Source of the DNA: an uncultured Spirochaetota bacterium
Lineage (GTDB): Bacteria; Spirochaetota; Spirochaetia; SZUA-6; Fen-1364
Assembly: GCA_963845325.1 (NCBI GenBank)
Contig: CAWJRT010000001.1
Span: forward strand, 128,486-192,485
DNA length: 64,000 nt
Direction: 5' to 3'
Shown here: piece after piece, positions 41,744 through 52,400 of the stretch
How positions within the stretch are numbered: the stretch's first letter is position 1
How the letters are laid out: each line of letters begins with the position of its first letter
The notes under the pieces: generated by a model
Told to the model about the DNA's origin: nothing
Databases searched by the model: none
The model's input: only the letters and a program-made list of their open reading frames with translations
Program-made: the position numbers and the translations under genes

Positions 41744-42866
41744 ATCTCTCGTACCAGTCAAAGGCGTCTTTCTGCATGGGGAGATCGAACTTGTGCGGCC
41801 CCGGGTAGAACATCCCTCGGTAGTTGCCCGGGGCCCCCATCCGCGCGTAGATCTTCTTCAGTTTTCCGTCGGCCTGCTCCTGGCCGGCCAAGGTCCACAG
41901 GGAATCATCACGGTCACATTGCACCATGAGCGGTGAAGGACCGTGCAGGGACGCCACGTCGGGGAGGTCCATGAGCGCCGCGAGATGGGGGACGTGGAAC
42001 ATCCAGGTGTGCCATCGCACGACATCGGGGATCATTTCAGCAGCCGTCGACATGAATCCGGAACAGACCGCGCAGCGGATCCGGGGATCAAGCGCCGCGA
42101 GGTAAATTGTGCGGAGGCCCCCCCCGGAGAGGCCGCCGCATCCCAGCCTGCCCGGATCCGTGTCCGCGCGGGAGAGCAGGTAGTCAACAGCGCGCCGGTC
42201 TTCCCACGCCATGACGCCGGTCCACGTGCCACCGGAGGCGAACAGGATCTTGGCCACGAGGGATTCGTACTCCGAACAGAACTCGTTGTACGCCTCGATG
42301 AACGCACGGGTGCCGGGGGTTTCTCGCAGGACCTTCTCCACGTATTCGTCAGGCACGGACTCCGGGAGCATCTTTCTCGAGCCCCAGAGGAAATTATCGG
42401 GCACGACGACAACGAAGCCGCGCCGCGCCAGCTCGCTGGCCCAGGAGGCGCCCCCGTAGGTGCCTTTCTTGAACTCCTGCATGATCGGAGGCTCGTCGTC
42501 CATCGCAACGAGCTTCTCCTTGCCGTAATACTTGAACGCACTGTGGTCATGGAGAGCCACGATGCCGGGCAGCCGCCCGTTTGCTGCGGCCGGCCGCACG
42601 ACGAACGCCTCCGTCCGCGGCCCGAAGGGCTGCGCCCACGTCACCAGCTCGGTGACCAGGCCGTCGCGTTCGGTCACCGTGTCCACGGACGCATCCAGCG
42701 GGCAGGGCGGCGGCTCGTACGCCAGCAGCTCGTGCACCTTCCCTCGCGCCTGTGACCGCCAGGATTCGAGGTCGGTCCACTTCTCGTCGAGCAATGAAAG
42801 CGGTCTTCGGCATCGGGACTCGAGCCATGCCGCCATCGAATGATAATTGCCAAGCGCGGGTTTCAT
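41733..42866 (-). CDS. Alpha/beta hydrolase (dienelactone hydrolase / acetyl-xylan-esterase-like)
   Basis: 378 aa from ATG at 42866. The nucleophile-elbow-like motif is GCGGLSGGG. Also contains PGIVALHDHS. The family call is approximate. Confidence 0.6.
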   Translation of the reverse strand: MKPALGNYHSMAAWLESRCRRPLSLLDEKWTDLESWRSQARGKVHELLAYEPPPCPLDASVDTVTERDGLVTELVTWAQPFGPRTEAFVVRPAAANGRLPGIVALHDHSAFKYYGKEKLVAMDDEPPIMQEFKKGTYGGASWASELARRGFVVVVPDNFLWGSRKMLPESVPDEYVEKVLRETPGTRAFIEAYNEFCSEYESLVAKILFASGGTWTGVMAWEDRRAVDYLLSRADTDPGRLGCGGLSGGGLRTIYLAALDPRIRCAVCSGFMSTAAEMIPDVVRWHTWMFHVPHLAALMDLPDVASLHGPSPLMVQCDRDDSLWTLAGQEQADGKLKKIYARMGAPGNYRGMFYPGPHKFDLPMQKDAFDWYERWLK

Positions 42867-42942
42867 CGTGAGACAGGATAGTATCAGATGGGCCCGTGCG
42901 AGGCGACGGGCCGGCGCGCGGGTGGGGCTCGACGGGGCGCGG

Positions 42943-44677
42943 TCAGCTCGAGGCCATCCACTCCCGGATCTCGTGCATGACATTGGAAGGAAGCGCGCTG
43001 CGCGAGGACCGGGTGAGCAGCGATATCACCCTTTCGGTATCGAGCCCGGCCGCCCCTGCCCGCCGAAGGGACTGGCGGCTGATCCGGAAAAGCACACCGA
43101 CGTCCCGGCCGATCCTCTCACAGAACCTGCCCAGCTCCGCCTCCACTCCCGGCGACGGGGAGAGGAAAACGATCTCGTAATTCGGCTGCACCACCAGCGG
43201 CTGGCCTGCCTCGCCGGTCCGGCTCCTCTGCCGGGGCAAGCCCGTCCCGGGGAATGCCCAGGAGCCTGCGGCCGGCGTCCGTCATGCGGAAACCTGGCCG
43301 CCCGTCGGAGGCCATCCCGGCCTCTGCTCCGCCAAGGGAAAGGAGGCACCGGCCGAGAAATATCCCCAGGAAAGATTTCCACAGCTCCTCCATGGCCTCC
43401 TCTGAGGAGAAAGCCGGAGCAGGAGGCCCGTGCTCATCAGCCGGCAGGCCCGGAATGGATGCGGCGGCCAGCGGGCTTCCGATTGCCGCCTGGTACTCGG
43501 CAAAATCGGCAAACCTGATGAACGTCGTCGAGGGCACGAAAGAGAATGCGGTCCTGATCCAGGGCATGATCTCCGCCTGCGATTCCTCGCGGGATGCCCA
43601 GTCCTCCTCCAGCAGGTCAAACAGGCGGGACGGCTTTCCCTCCTGTTCACAGAGAGACACGGCGACAACATCCGTGCGCTCCTCGATGCTCCCCCGGATC
43701 CATTCCCCTGCTCCGGCCCCGGGACAAGAAGCGGCGTGGCGGATTCCCCTTCGCGGCGTCCGAGCTGGCCGGTCAGCTGCAGCGCCTGCAGGGCAAGGCT
43801 GATCCTGCTCTCAATGGAGAGGCCCGTGAAGGACTCCAGCCAGTCGGGAAGCGTGAGGAGAGCGGTGCCGGTTTCTTCCACGAACCGGGTGAAAGGCTTG
43901 TCGTCTCCCCGCCTCAGGGATATGGGGGCCGACCGCGCCGCTGCCAGCACGCTGGTCATGTCTTCCACGAGGAAGGGATGGCGGAATACCTGGCTCACGG
44001 ACACCGGTTCGGGGGCCAGCACGACGGACAGCCGGCGCTGGCGGCGGGCGGCTGCCGGCCAGACGCCCACGAGTGGTTCCAGGTCCACCCTGCGCAGGCC
44101 GAGGAAAAACACGCAGCGCTGGATGCCCATTCGCACGCCCGCGCACAGGTCGTCCCGCGGGATGCCCGGGAAATACTCTTCCAGGTCGCGCAGGGGAATG
44201 CGGTCCCTCTGCTCGGAAAAGAACACCAGGAGGGCGTGTGCCGCAGCGGGAGCATTGCGTCCCAGGGCTGTCTGCAGCCACTCGATGGACGACACGAAGC
44301 CGGCCATCCGCGGAAGGTCGTTCGGCAGGAGGGCAAGAGATTCGTGGAGCTGGGACCGCTCCGCCTGCGTATAGTGCTCGGAAAGGTAGGCGCTGAGGGC
44401 GGCAAGGCCGGGGCTCTCGAAAAGGGGATACCTTCCGAGAGACTTGAGGATCTGGTGGCAGCGTCGTGCTCCCCTCGGCAACGACCAGCCGGTCCCCCCG
44501 ACCGGAGGTCTCGAGGAACCCCGCGTCACGAAGTTCCGCCACGGGTGCGCCTGCGGCTTCGATCGAAAGGCCCGGCGCGGTTCCGTCCAGGAAGGCCCTG
44601 CGGGCATCGATGGAGAGCTCTCCCCACCGGACCAGCTCGTCCAGGAACCCCGGCCAGTCGCCGGGAAAAAGCTTCAT
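42943..44677 (-). pseudogene. XPB-associated large protein (about 578 aa) ending in an XPB-N-terminal-like domain; at least 3 frame breaks
   Basis: ATG at 44677 overlaps the XPB stop as ATGA. The pieces are MKLFPGDWPGFLDELVRWGELSIDARRAFLDG.., ..YPLFESPGLAALSAYLSEHYT..FLVEDMTSVLAAA.. (ORF 43282-44607), ..FIRFADFAEYQAA.. (ORF 43118-43660) and the C-terminus LVVQPNYEIVFLSPSPGVEAELGRFCERIG..FRISRQSLRRAGAAGLDTERVISLL..PSNVMHEIREW. The C-terminus parallels XPB residues LIVQGDRTILAEV..FAELVKS..YRLTPLSIWNACAAGEDPAEIVESL..PEHIAMEIIEY. Confidence 0.7.
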
Positions 44678-46501
44678 GCGCCGGCCGCCGGTGTCGCCAC
44701 CGTACCCGGTGGCCTGGGTGCGCCGGAGCCACCGGGTACGGTGGCGGCCATGCGTATCTCGTAGGAGTATCCCTGTTCGCAGAGGAAGAGCTGGCGCTTG
44801 AGCGCGAAATCCTGCTCCACTGTGTCCCGCGATACCAGTGAATAAAACGAGGCCTGGTTGCCCAGCTCCTTGGGGCGCAGCACGCGTCCCAGCCTCTGCG
44901 CCTCTTCCTGCCGGGAGCCGAACGTACCGGACACCTGGATGGCCAGGCTGGCCTCGGGAAGGTCCACGGCGAAGTTCGCCACCTTGGACACGGCGAGCAC
45001 CCGGATGGCACCCGATCGGAAATCCGCGTACAGCTTGTCTCGCGCGCGCTGCGGCGTGGAGCCCGTCAGCACGGGCAGGCCGAGGGGTCGCGCGATCTGT
45101 GCAAGCTGGTCGAGATACATGCCGATGACGAGGGCCGGCTCGCCGGGGTGAGCCGCGAGGATGGCCTTCACCTCTTCGATTTTCGCTGGATTTTCCGACG
45201 CCATGCGGAACTTCGTCCGCGCGTCCGCCAGGGCATAGCTGGTGCGCAGGGCCGCCGGGAGGGGTACCCGCACCTCCGTGCACACGGCCTTTGCGATCCA
45301 TCCCTGCGCTTCCATTTCCTTCCAGGGCACATCGTACTTCTTCGGGCCGATGAGGGCAAAGACGTCGTCTTCCTTGCCGTCCTCCCGCACCAGGGTTGCA
45401 GTGAGCCCCAGCCTCCGCCGCGCCTGGAGGGAGGCCGTGGCCTGGAACACGGGTGCCGGGAAGCAGGTGGACCTCGTCATAGATGATGAGTCCCCAGTCC
45501 CTCTCGTTGAAGAGCGCGAGGTGCGGGTACAGCTCCTCGTCCGGCGCTCTGCTCGTCGGCCAGCATGGCCGTCGTCCTCCGCGGCGGTCCGCCGGACCGT
45601 GCGTCCTGCACGCGCTTTCCCCGGTGAGTGAGCATCTGGTAGGTGGCCACGGTGACGGGCCGGACCTCCTTTCGGTGCCCCGTGTACTCACCGATCATCG
45701 AAGGGTCGATCTCCGTCTTGTCGATGAGCTCGGCGATCCACTGCCGGACCGCCGTGACGCATGTGGTGAGCACCAGGGTGGAAGTCTGCAGGAGGTCCAT
45801 GCACAGCATTCCCACGATCGTCTTGCCCGCGCCGCACGGCAGGACGATCACCCCCGAGCCGCCGCGCTCGGAGCCGCCGGCATGGAACGCCCGCGCGGCC
45901 TCGCGCTGGTAGGGACGGGGAACGAACGCCCTTCCGCGGGAGAGCGTCGCGGGGCGGAGAGCCACGGTGAAGCGCTCCCCGGCAGCGTACCCGGCACGAT
46001 CGTCCACCGGGTACCCGATGCGGATCATTGCGAGCTTCAGCTGCCCGCGCGCCGCCGGGGGAACCGACCAGCTCGTGTCGGTGAGACGGCTCGCCCAGGA
46101 GAAGCGCCGCGTGCTTGTCTGCCGACACGAGGTCCGCCAGGCCCTTGTCCCTGCATCTGAGGGTCAGGCCCGCGCTGCCTCCTTCAAGGACCAGGCTGCC
46201 GAACCTTCCCGCGTATTCGATGATCTCCATGGCGATATGCTCGGGCACGGGGTAGCGGGACAGGGAGCGCAGCGATTCGACGATCTCTGCCGGGTCCTCG
46301 CCGGCGGCGCATGCGTTCCAGATCGAGAGAGGCGTGAGGCGGTAGGTATGAACGTGCTCGGGGGACTTCACCAGCTCGGCAAACCGCGCCAGGGAATCCC
46401 GCGCCTCCGTCATACCGGGGGCTTGCGACCTCGGCAAGGATGGTGCGGTCCCCCTGGACGATGAGGGGCAGCTCGTGCTGTGTGTGCGTGTTTTCCGTCA
46501 T
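44674..46501 (-). pseudogene. XPB/ERCC3 (Ssl2/Rad25)-type SF2 DNA helicase; at least 3 frame breaks
   Basis: MTENTHTQHELPLIVQGDRTILAEV begins at ATG 46501. HVHTYRLTPLSIWNACAAG is in ORF 45688-46437. RPYQREAARAF..VLPCGAGKT is in ORF 45477-46028. IIYDEVHLLPAPVF..GLTATLVREDG..FGSRQEEAQRLGRVLR is in ORF 44674-45480. Confidence 0.85.
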
Positions 46502-46621
46502 GGCAAAGAGACCAACCACGATACGGACCGGGCGGACGAGGGTCAAGGCGCCCGAGCGACGGCGAAGCCGTGCGGACCGTCCGGCCTTGAATGCGCCGGC
46601 TCGTTCTGATCCAATGCGCGC

Positions 46622-47266
46622 ATGTCGGAAGGGTTTTCCGCGCTCATTCTCGACATGGACGGCGTGCTGGCAGACACCGAGGGCATCCACGTCCGGGCAT
46701 GGGACATCGCCCTGAGCGGGATCGTCAGCGCCGGGCGTGAAGCAAGAGACGGAACGCGGCTTGCCGGGATGTCCAGCCCCGAGATCGCCCGCGAGCTCAT
46801 CAGGGTTTTCCGGCTCCCTATCAGCGTGGCAGAGCTGGTGGAGAAGAAGCGGACGGTTTTCCGGCGCCTGATCGAGGTCGAGCTCGCCCCTTTTGACGGG
46901 CTGCGCGAGGAGCTCCTGAGATGGAGGGGCGGCCCCCTGGCGCTGGCCACCTCGAGCGCGCGGGCGGAGGCGACTCTCATCCTCGGGCGCATCGGGTTCG
47001 AAGACTGGTTCGACCCGGTCATCACGTGCGACGACGTCACCCGCGCGAAGCCGGCGCCGGACTGCTACGCGCTGGCAATCCGCAGGCTCGGGGTGCCGGC
47101 AGCGCAATGCGTTGCGGTGGAAGACAGCCTGCACGGGATCCAGGCGGCGCGGGAGGCGGGGGCGGGCGTCGTGGGGGTGGCCACGTCGGAGCTGCCGGAG
47201 CGCATCGACGGGGTGCTTGGCATTTTCCCCTCCACCGTTGCGGCGCTGCAATGGCTGCGCCGGTGA
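46622..47266 (+). CDS. HAD-superfamily hydrolase (beta-phosphoglucomutase-like subfamily IA)
   Basis: Intact 214 aa. Recognised from LILDMDGVLADTE, LALATSS, KPAPD and VEDSLHGIQAA. Confidence 0.8.
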   Translation: MSEGFSALILDMDGVLADTEGIHVRAWDIALSGIVSAGREARDGTRLAGMSSPEIARELIRVFRLPISVAELVEKKRTVFRRLIEVELAPFDGLREELLRWRGGPLALATSSARAEATLILGRIGFEDWFDPVITCDDVTRAKPAPDCYALAIRRLGVPAAQCVAVEDSLHGIQAAREAGAGVVGVATSELPERIDGVLGIFPSTVAALQWLRR

Positions 47267-47751
47267 TGAACATCCGGGCTGCAACTCACGGGGATCTTTC
47301 TCGAATCCGTGAGATCTACAACCACGAGGTGCTCGCCTCCACAGCCACGTACGACACCGTGCCGCGCACGGAGGCCGAGCATCGCACGTGGTTCGGTGTC
47401 CATGGCGCCGACTATCCCGTGCTGGTGGCCGATCTCGATGGAACAGTCATCGGGTGGGCATCGCTCAGCCCATGGTCCGACCGGGCGGCGTATTCCCTCG
47501 CGGTGGAGGTATCCGAGTACGTCGACGAGGACCACCGCGGGATCGGCGTGGGCCGCCTTCTCCTGCAGGAGCTCATCGATGTGGGCCGTGCACGCGGCTA
47601 CCACGCTCTCCTGGCCCGGATTTCCGCGGACAATGAAGCGAGCGTCCGGCTCCATGCGCAGCTCGGCTTTTCAGTTGCAGGGACGCTCCGCGAGGTGGGG
47701 GAGAAGTTCGGAAGGACCCTCGACGTGTGCATCATGGAGCTGATTATTTGA
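47266..47751 (+). CDS. GNAT family N-acetyltransferase (phosphinothricin-acetyltransferase-like)
   Basis: The ATG overlaps the HAD stop (TGATG). Recognised from IRAATHGDLSRIREIYNHEVLASTATYD and HRGIGVGRLLLQELI. Confidence 0.8.
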   Translation: MNIRAATHGDLSRIREIYNHEVLASTATYDTVPRTEAEHRTWFGVHGADYPVLVADLDGTVIGWASLSPWSDRAAYSLAVEVSEYVDEDHRGIGVGRLLLQELIDVGRARGYHALLARISADNEASVRLHAQLGFSVAGTLREVGEKFGRTLDVCIMELII

Positions 47752-48806
47752 TGCCCGCAAAGGCGTCGAACTCGTACTCCTTCTGAAGCCCGGTTTCGGG
47801 CTTCCTGCCTGACGCGCTTATCTCGATCCCGAAAACGCGGCAGGCCGCGTCATGAGTGAGCTCGCGGATCCGGGCAGGGGAGAGCCCCGGCGGCGAGAGC
47901 AGGCTGACGAATCTCGGGTAGAAGGCAAACCCGGGAAATCCGGAGGCGAAACCTTCCATCTTGTCGCGCCGCGTGTGCGGGGCGTGGTCCGTCTCGATCC
48001 AGTCGATGTCCCCTTCAACGAGCCTCCGCAGCATGAGGCCGGCATGGGCAGCGGCCGCAGCGGGGGGTTCACTTTGAGGAGCATCCCCTCGCCGCCTTCC
48101 ATCATGTTCGCGTCCAGGAGCGCGTGATGCGGGGTCAGGCCGCAGGTGACGCGGTACGGGAGCGCCGCGGACGAGCCGGCGGTTCACTCGTGCCGTCCGC
48201 GCAGCAGGTCCAGCGCCCACGGGGTGGAGATGTGACAGACGTGGAGCGTTCCCGCGGAAACGCCGCTTTCTGCGCGAGCTTCTTCTGGTCGTCAACCGAG
48301 GCAACCTCCGCGGCGGGCGGCCGCGCGCGAACGTGGCTCACGGGCCGTGCCGGGTCCCACTCGCCCGGGCGGAGCAGCTCCTCCTTCTCGCAGTGCACGG
48401 CGAGCACGCCCGTGAACCCCAGCGCGGCGAGAGTCCGGTAGACCAGTGCCTGCTCTCTCAGGTCGACGATTCCCATCTGTCCCGTGGAGTGGCCGGCGAT
48501 ACATCTTCAGCCCGACCACCCGGGGGAACAGCTCCTTCCATGCGCGCACTGCCTCCTCGATCTGCCGCGGCAACGGCGGTGAGCCCCGCGTACAGACCGT
48601 GGAAGATCCGGATGCCCAGGCTGCGGCATGCGGCATCAGCGTCATCGATGCGGCGCCGGATCGCGTCCCGCGTGACCAGCGGAGGGTCGGTGTTGGGCAT
48701 CTCGAAGACGGCATCCAGCCCGGCCCGGAACGCCACCGACAACCCGTGCCGCAGGGTCTCCTTGCCGGCCTGGTTCCAGTCGCGAAGGTGGACGTGCGGG
48801 TCGATC
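47744..48806 (-). pseudogene. pyrC: Dihydroorotase (amidohydrolase family); at least 2 frame breaks
   Basis: MIDPHVHLRDW..FEMPNTDPP is in ORF 48458-49006. LAVHCEKEE is in ORF 48135-48476. WIETDHAPHT is in ORF 47744-48304. Confidence 0.8.
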
Positions 48807-48944
48807 ATCCCGTCAGTCCGGGTACCTGACCGGCCTCGTATGCCGGAAGGCAGGGCCGCTGCGTATGCCCGCAGCTCCTCCGGCGTCACCTTGCGGTGCG
48901 CGACCACGTACGGCCTGCGGCAGTAGCGGCAGCGGATCCTGCCC

Positions 48945-50333
48945 TCAGTCGCTGTAGAATCTCGGCGGCACATCCTCGTTGATCGTGCGGGTGATGCAGT
49001 TCGCATTCGCGCACAGCAGGTACACGAACTTCTCCGCGATCCGTCCGCTCATCACGGTGTTGATCGTCGGCTCGGGGGAAAGCAGCGCGATGCGCTTGAG
49101 GTCCCGTTCGGCGAGATCCCGCAGGTTCGTCTTGATGAAGGGGTTCGGCTTCTCCGTGATCGTCGCGGTAGTGCACGAGTATCCCCGGTTCTCGAGGTCC
49201 AGCGCGTCGCTCACGGCGCGCAGGCTACCGGGCTGGAGGTGGTCGATCACCGTGCCGTCCTGGATCCTGTCGATGAACATCCCGCTCTGCGTGGTGCCCC
49301 GCTTCCCGCGGGGGAGCCTGTTGTTGCCGGTTCCCAGCTCCTTCGGCAGGCGGCCGTCGTAGCGGTGATATCCTTCGTGGCCCAGCATCTCGTGCAGGAG
49401 GGCCTTCCGCAGAAAGATGCCGTGCTCGGCCTGGGAGAAGAAAGCCTGTGCCGGGGTGAAGTAGACCCGGTAATCGATCTCCGCGATCTCGCTGTTCACG
49501 GGCAGGGGATGGAGCACGCGCACGTCGAACCCCTCGATCTTTTCAAGGTCGATGCGGTACTGCTTCATCATCGCAAGGATATCCTTCTGCTTCACGCCCG
49601 GCATCCGCTCCAGCTGGGGCCGCGTCATGTAGTAGAAGTCCACCTGGCGCATCACGTCGCGGACCGTGGCGTCCCGCACCACCTTCACCCCCCGCTCGGA
49701 GAGCAGCTCCCCGAGGTCGGCGCGGCATGCCCAGGAAGTCCTCGGCGGCCCAGTGGATGGTGATGTTGTCGAAGTGCGACAGGGCGAGGCTCAGGGACCG
49801 CACGGTCCTTCCGTGGGAAAGGTCCCCGCCGAATCCCATGCGCAGCCCGTCCAGGCGCTCCTCGCGGAGCGAGTAGATGGTGAGCACGTCCAGGAGCGCC
49901 TGCGTCGGATGCTCGTTCCTCCCGTCACCGCCATTGATCACCGGGATGTTCGCGACGTCCGCCGCCCACTGCAGGGAGCCGTCCAGCGGGTGGCGCATGA
50001 CGAGCACGTCGTTGTGATTTGCGCACATCATGGTCACCGTGTCCCGCACCGTTTCGTTCTTCATCACCGAGGTTCCCTCGGTGCCCGAGAACCCGTCGTA
50101 GCGTCCACCCAGCTCGCGCATGCCGGTGTTGAAGCTCGTGCGGGTGCGGGTGCTCGGCTCGTAGAACATGTACGAGAGCGTCCGGTGCTTCAGCGCATCC
50201 CGCAGGCTGTTCCGTCGTCCTGACTTTTCCAGCTCTTCCATGCGGCGGCCCGCGGCGCAGAGGTCCGAGGATTTCCGCCCGGGAAAAATCGGTGATGGAG
50301 ATGATGTCGCGGTCGCGGAACGTCTGCGCTCAT
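48945..50333 (-). pseudogene. pyrB: Aspartate carbamoyltransferase catalytic chain fused to the regulatory chain (PyrB-PyrI); several frame breaks; the true 3' end probably lies between 48810 and 48945
   Basis: The PyrB part shows FYEPSTRTRTSF and HPTQALLD in ORF 49543-50415, and HPLPV in ORF 48945-49688. The same continuous ORF 48945-49688 carries PyrI sequence (GMFIDRIQDGTVIDH..LCANANCITR..PPRFY). The second zinc pair, IRCRYC, lies in the next frame below 48945. Confidence 0.8.
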
Positions 50334-50365
50334 GGTCAGTGCTCCTTTCGTTGAACGCAGGCCGT

Positions 50366-51104
50366 TCATTGAAACAGGCCGTCGAACTCCGGCGGCAGGG
50401 GAGCCTCCACGACAAGCGGGAGGCCGGTCACAGGGTGATTCATCGAGATGCGCGCCGCGTGGAGGTACATGCGATCCGCGAAGCCCGCGGGGCACGGGGG
50501 CCCCGTACAGCGGAGTCCCCGAGGATCAGGAATCCAAGGAAGGCGAGGTGCGCGCGCACCTGGTGGCGGAACCCCCGCAGGAGTGGACGCGGCGAGCAAC
50601 ACGCGCCGCTCGGTGCGCGCGGTGACTCGCGCCTCGGTGACGTAGGTCTCCGTGCTCGCGGCGTCCAGCAGCTTTCGCGATTTTTCCCCGGCCAGCACGG
50701 CGCGGACCATCCTGCGGCCGCGGCCGTACGGGGCGAACCTGCTCTCGATTCTCAGGGGCCTGCCCGCCGTCCGCCGCCCCGTCCGCCGGCGGCACGCGCA
50801 GGCTGCAAGTAGTCCTTGCGCGCCCCGCCGGCGGCGAAGGATCGCCGCAGCGCGTCGAAGGCTTCGACGGTGCGCGCAATCACGACGAGCCCGGACGTGT
50901 CCCTGTCCAGGCGATGCACGAGCCCCGGTTCCATCGGCTTGATCCCCGGGAACGCCAGCCACCTCGGGATAAGAGCCGATGCACCAGGTCGATCAGGGTG
51001 CCGGTCTCGCCCGGTCGCAGCGGCGCGGTGTGGATCCCCGCCGGCTTGTCGACGATGATGAGCGCGGGGTCTTCGAATAGGACGCGCAGCTCCTGCCCGG
51101 CCAT
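50366..51104 (-). pseudogene. RluA-family pseudouridine synthase; at least 2 frame breaks
   Basis: VLFEDPALIIVDKPAGI is in ORF 50880-51104. The catalytic motif VHRLDRDTSGLVV is in ORF 50752-50934. The C-terminus RMYLHAARISMNHPVTG is in ORF 50366-50962. Confidence 0.8.
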
Positions 51105-51109
51105 GCTTC

Positions 51110-52331
51110 TTACTTGAACTGTGCCAGGACCTTTGCCAGGGCCTCCACGTCGTCCGCGATGGTCTGGTTCAGCTGGTCAACGGTCGGAGGCGCGGCAGGC
51201 TTGATCCCCGGGAACTCCCGGCCGGCCCTCTCCGCGTTCTCCGGCGAGATGAAGTCACGGATCGGCGTCACCATCGTGTACGCCGCAATCGGGCCCTGCA
51301 CAACGTACCCGTCAAAGAGGTCCGCGAGGGTCCCTCCCGGGCCGTCCTCCGCGTACGAGCCGTGGGCCAGGGGAAGGGCGCCAAGGGGCGTCCCCGCCGT
51401 GTCCCACCCGGCACTCCGCTTGTCCGCCGGAAGGGCTTCGATCAGCGCGTCCACCGCGCCGTCCACGGGGTAGCCGAGACCCGTCTTCTGGGTCGCGTCA
51501 GGCCAGGGCGCGTGCAGCGAGATCGAAAAAGCCGCGGCCGCCGATCCTCTGGAAGACGATGTTTCCTGCCCGTCGCGTTTCAGCCAGCTTCATCTGCCGC
51601 CGCGTTTTTCTCGTACGCGCGGCTGCGGTACCGGGTGAAGATGTGCTGCATCCCGCAGAAGACGAGGGCTTTCTCACCCGTGCGCGTGAACTCGCGGTCG
51701 ATCACGTCGGCCATGTGCAGCGTCCGGGTACCCCGTTGGCGAAGATCTTCGCGACGACGTCTCGGGATTTGCCAGGTCCTTCTGCGTCTTGAGGTATTCC
51801 CAGTTCTGGTGGACGTTCAGCCCGACGATCCTGAAACGGCCTGGCCCCGTGCGGCCCGCGTGCTGTTGACCTGCCACGCCGCCTGGTACAGGTCGATGTA
51901 CTCCTGGTACCCCCACGTGACCAGCCAGTGGAATGTAATGGCGCGGGCCTTGGCCTCGTCCCACGCGGGGGCGGTCAGCGAGCGAGTCGATCTGGCCCTG
52001 GTCATCGGAGAGCGCGTACTCGATTCCGAGGTTCCTCACCCCGGCGGCGTAGAGACGCGGGATGAGGCCCTGCACCAGCTCGACGTTCTGCTTGATCTTG
52101 AAGAACTCACCGAGAAACACGACGTCGTGGATCGCGAACGCGCCGACGACGTAGTCCTCGGGTGAGCGCCAGGCGGACTCGGCGAATGTAAGAGAGGGCA
52201 GAGAGTCTGTGCCGGTGTCCGTGGCCGGCCGTGCGGGGCGCCGCCGACCGGTTGAAAAACTGGAGGGGATTCAGAACGAGGACCAGGCCCGCCACGGCCA
52301 CGAGGACGATGAGGAGGGTGTTCCGTTTCAT
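51110..52331 (-). pseudogene. Hypothetical secreted protein, possibly of the ChaN/Tiki-like superfamily; several frame breaks
   Basis: The signal anchor is MKRNTLLIVLVAVAGLVLVL. Pieces include VVFLGEFFKIKQNVELVQGLIPRLYAAGVRNLGIEYAL, WDEAKARAITFHWLVTWGYQEYIDLYQAAW and the C-terminus ..FDGYVVQGPIAAYTMVTPIRDFISPEN. The family guess is weak. Confidence 0.4.
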
Positions 52332-52400
52332 GTCCGGCACATAGTAGCGACCCGCGCGGCACGCGTCCATCCGCGGGTGTGACCCGCGTCGCCGCGGAGG

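Noticed and set aside
43811-45691. 626-aa minus-strand ORF spanning the XPB/partner boundary
   Set aside because: It is an out-of-frame read-through. Only its segment after MKLFPGDW (from 44677) matches the partner protein. The upstream part is XPB read in the wrong frame.
48806-48960. Apparent PyrI-to-PyrC read-through, which would give a PyrB-PyrI-PyrC triple fusion
   Set aside because: The frame carrying IRCRYC runs without a stop into MIDPHVHLRDW. However, a neighbouring frame ends in a TGA that forms a classic ATGA overlap with the pyrC ATG at 48806. Given the indel density here, separate genes are more likely, and I cannot decide without corrected sequence.
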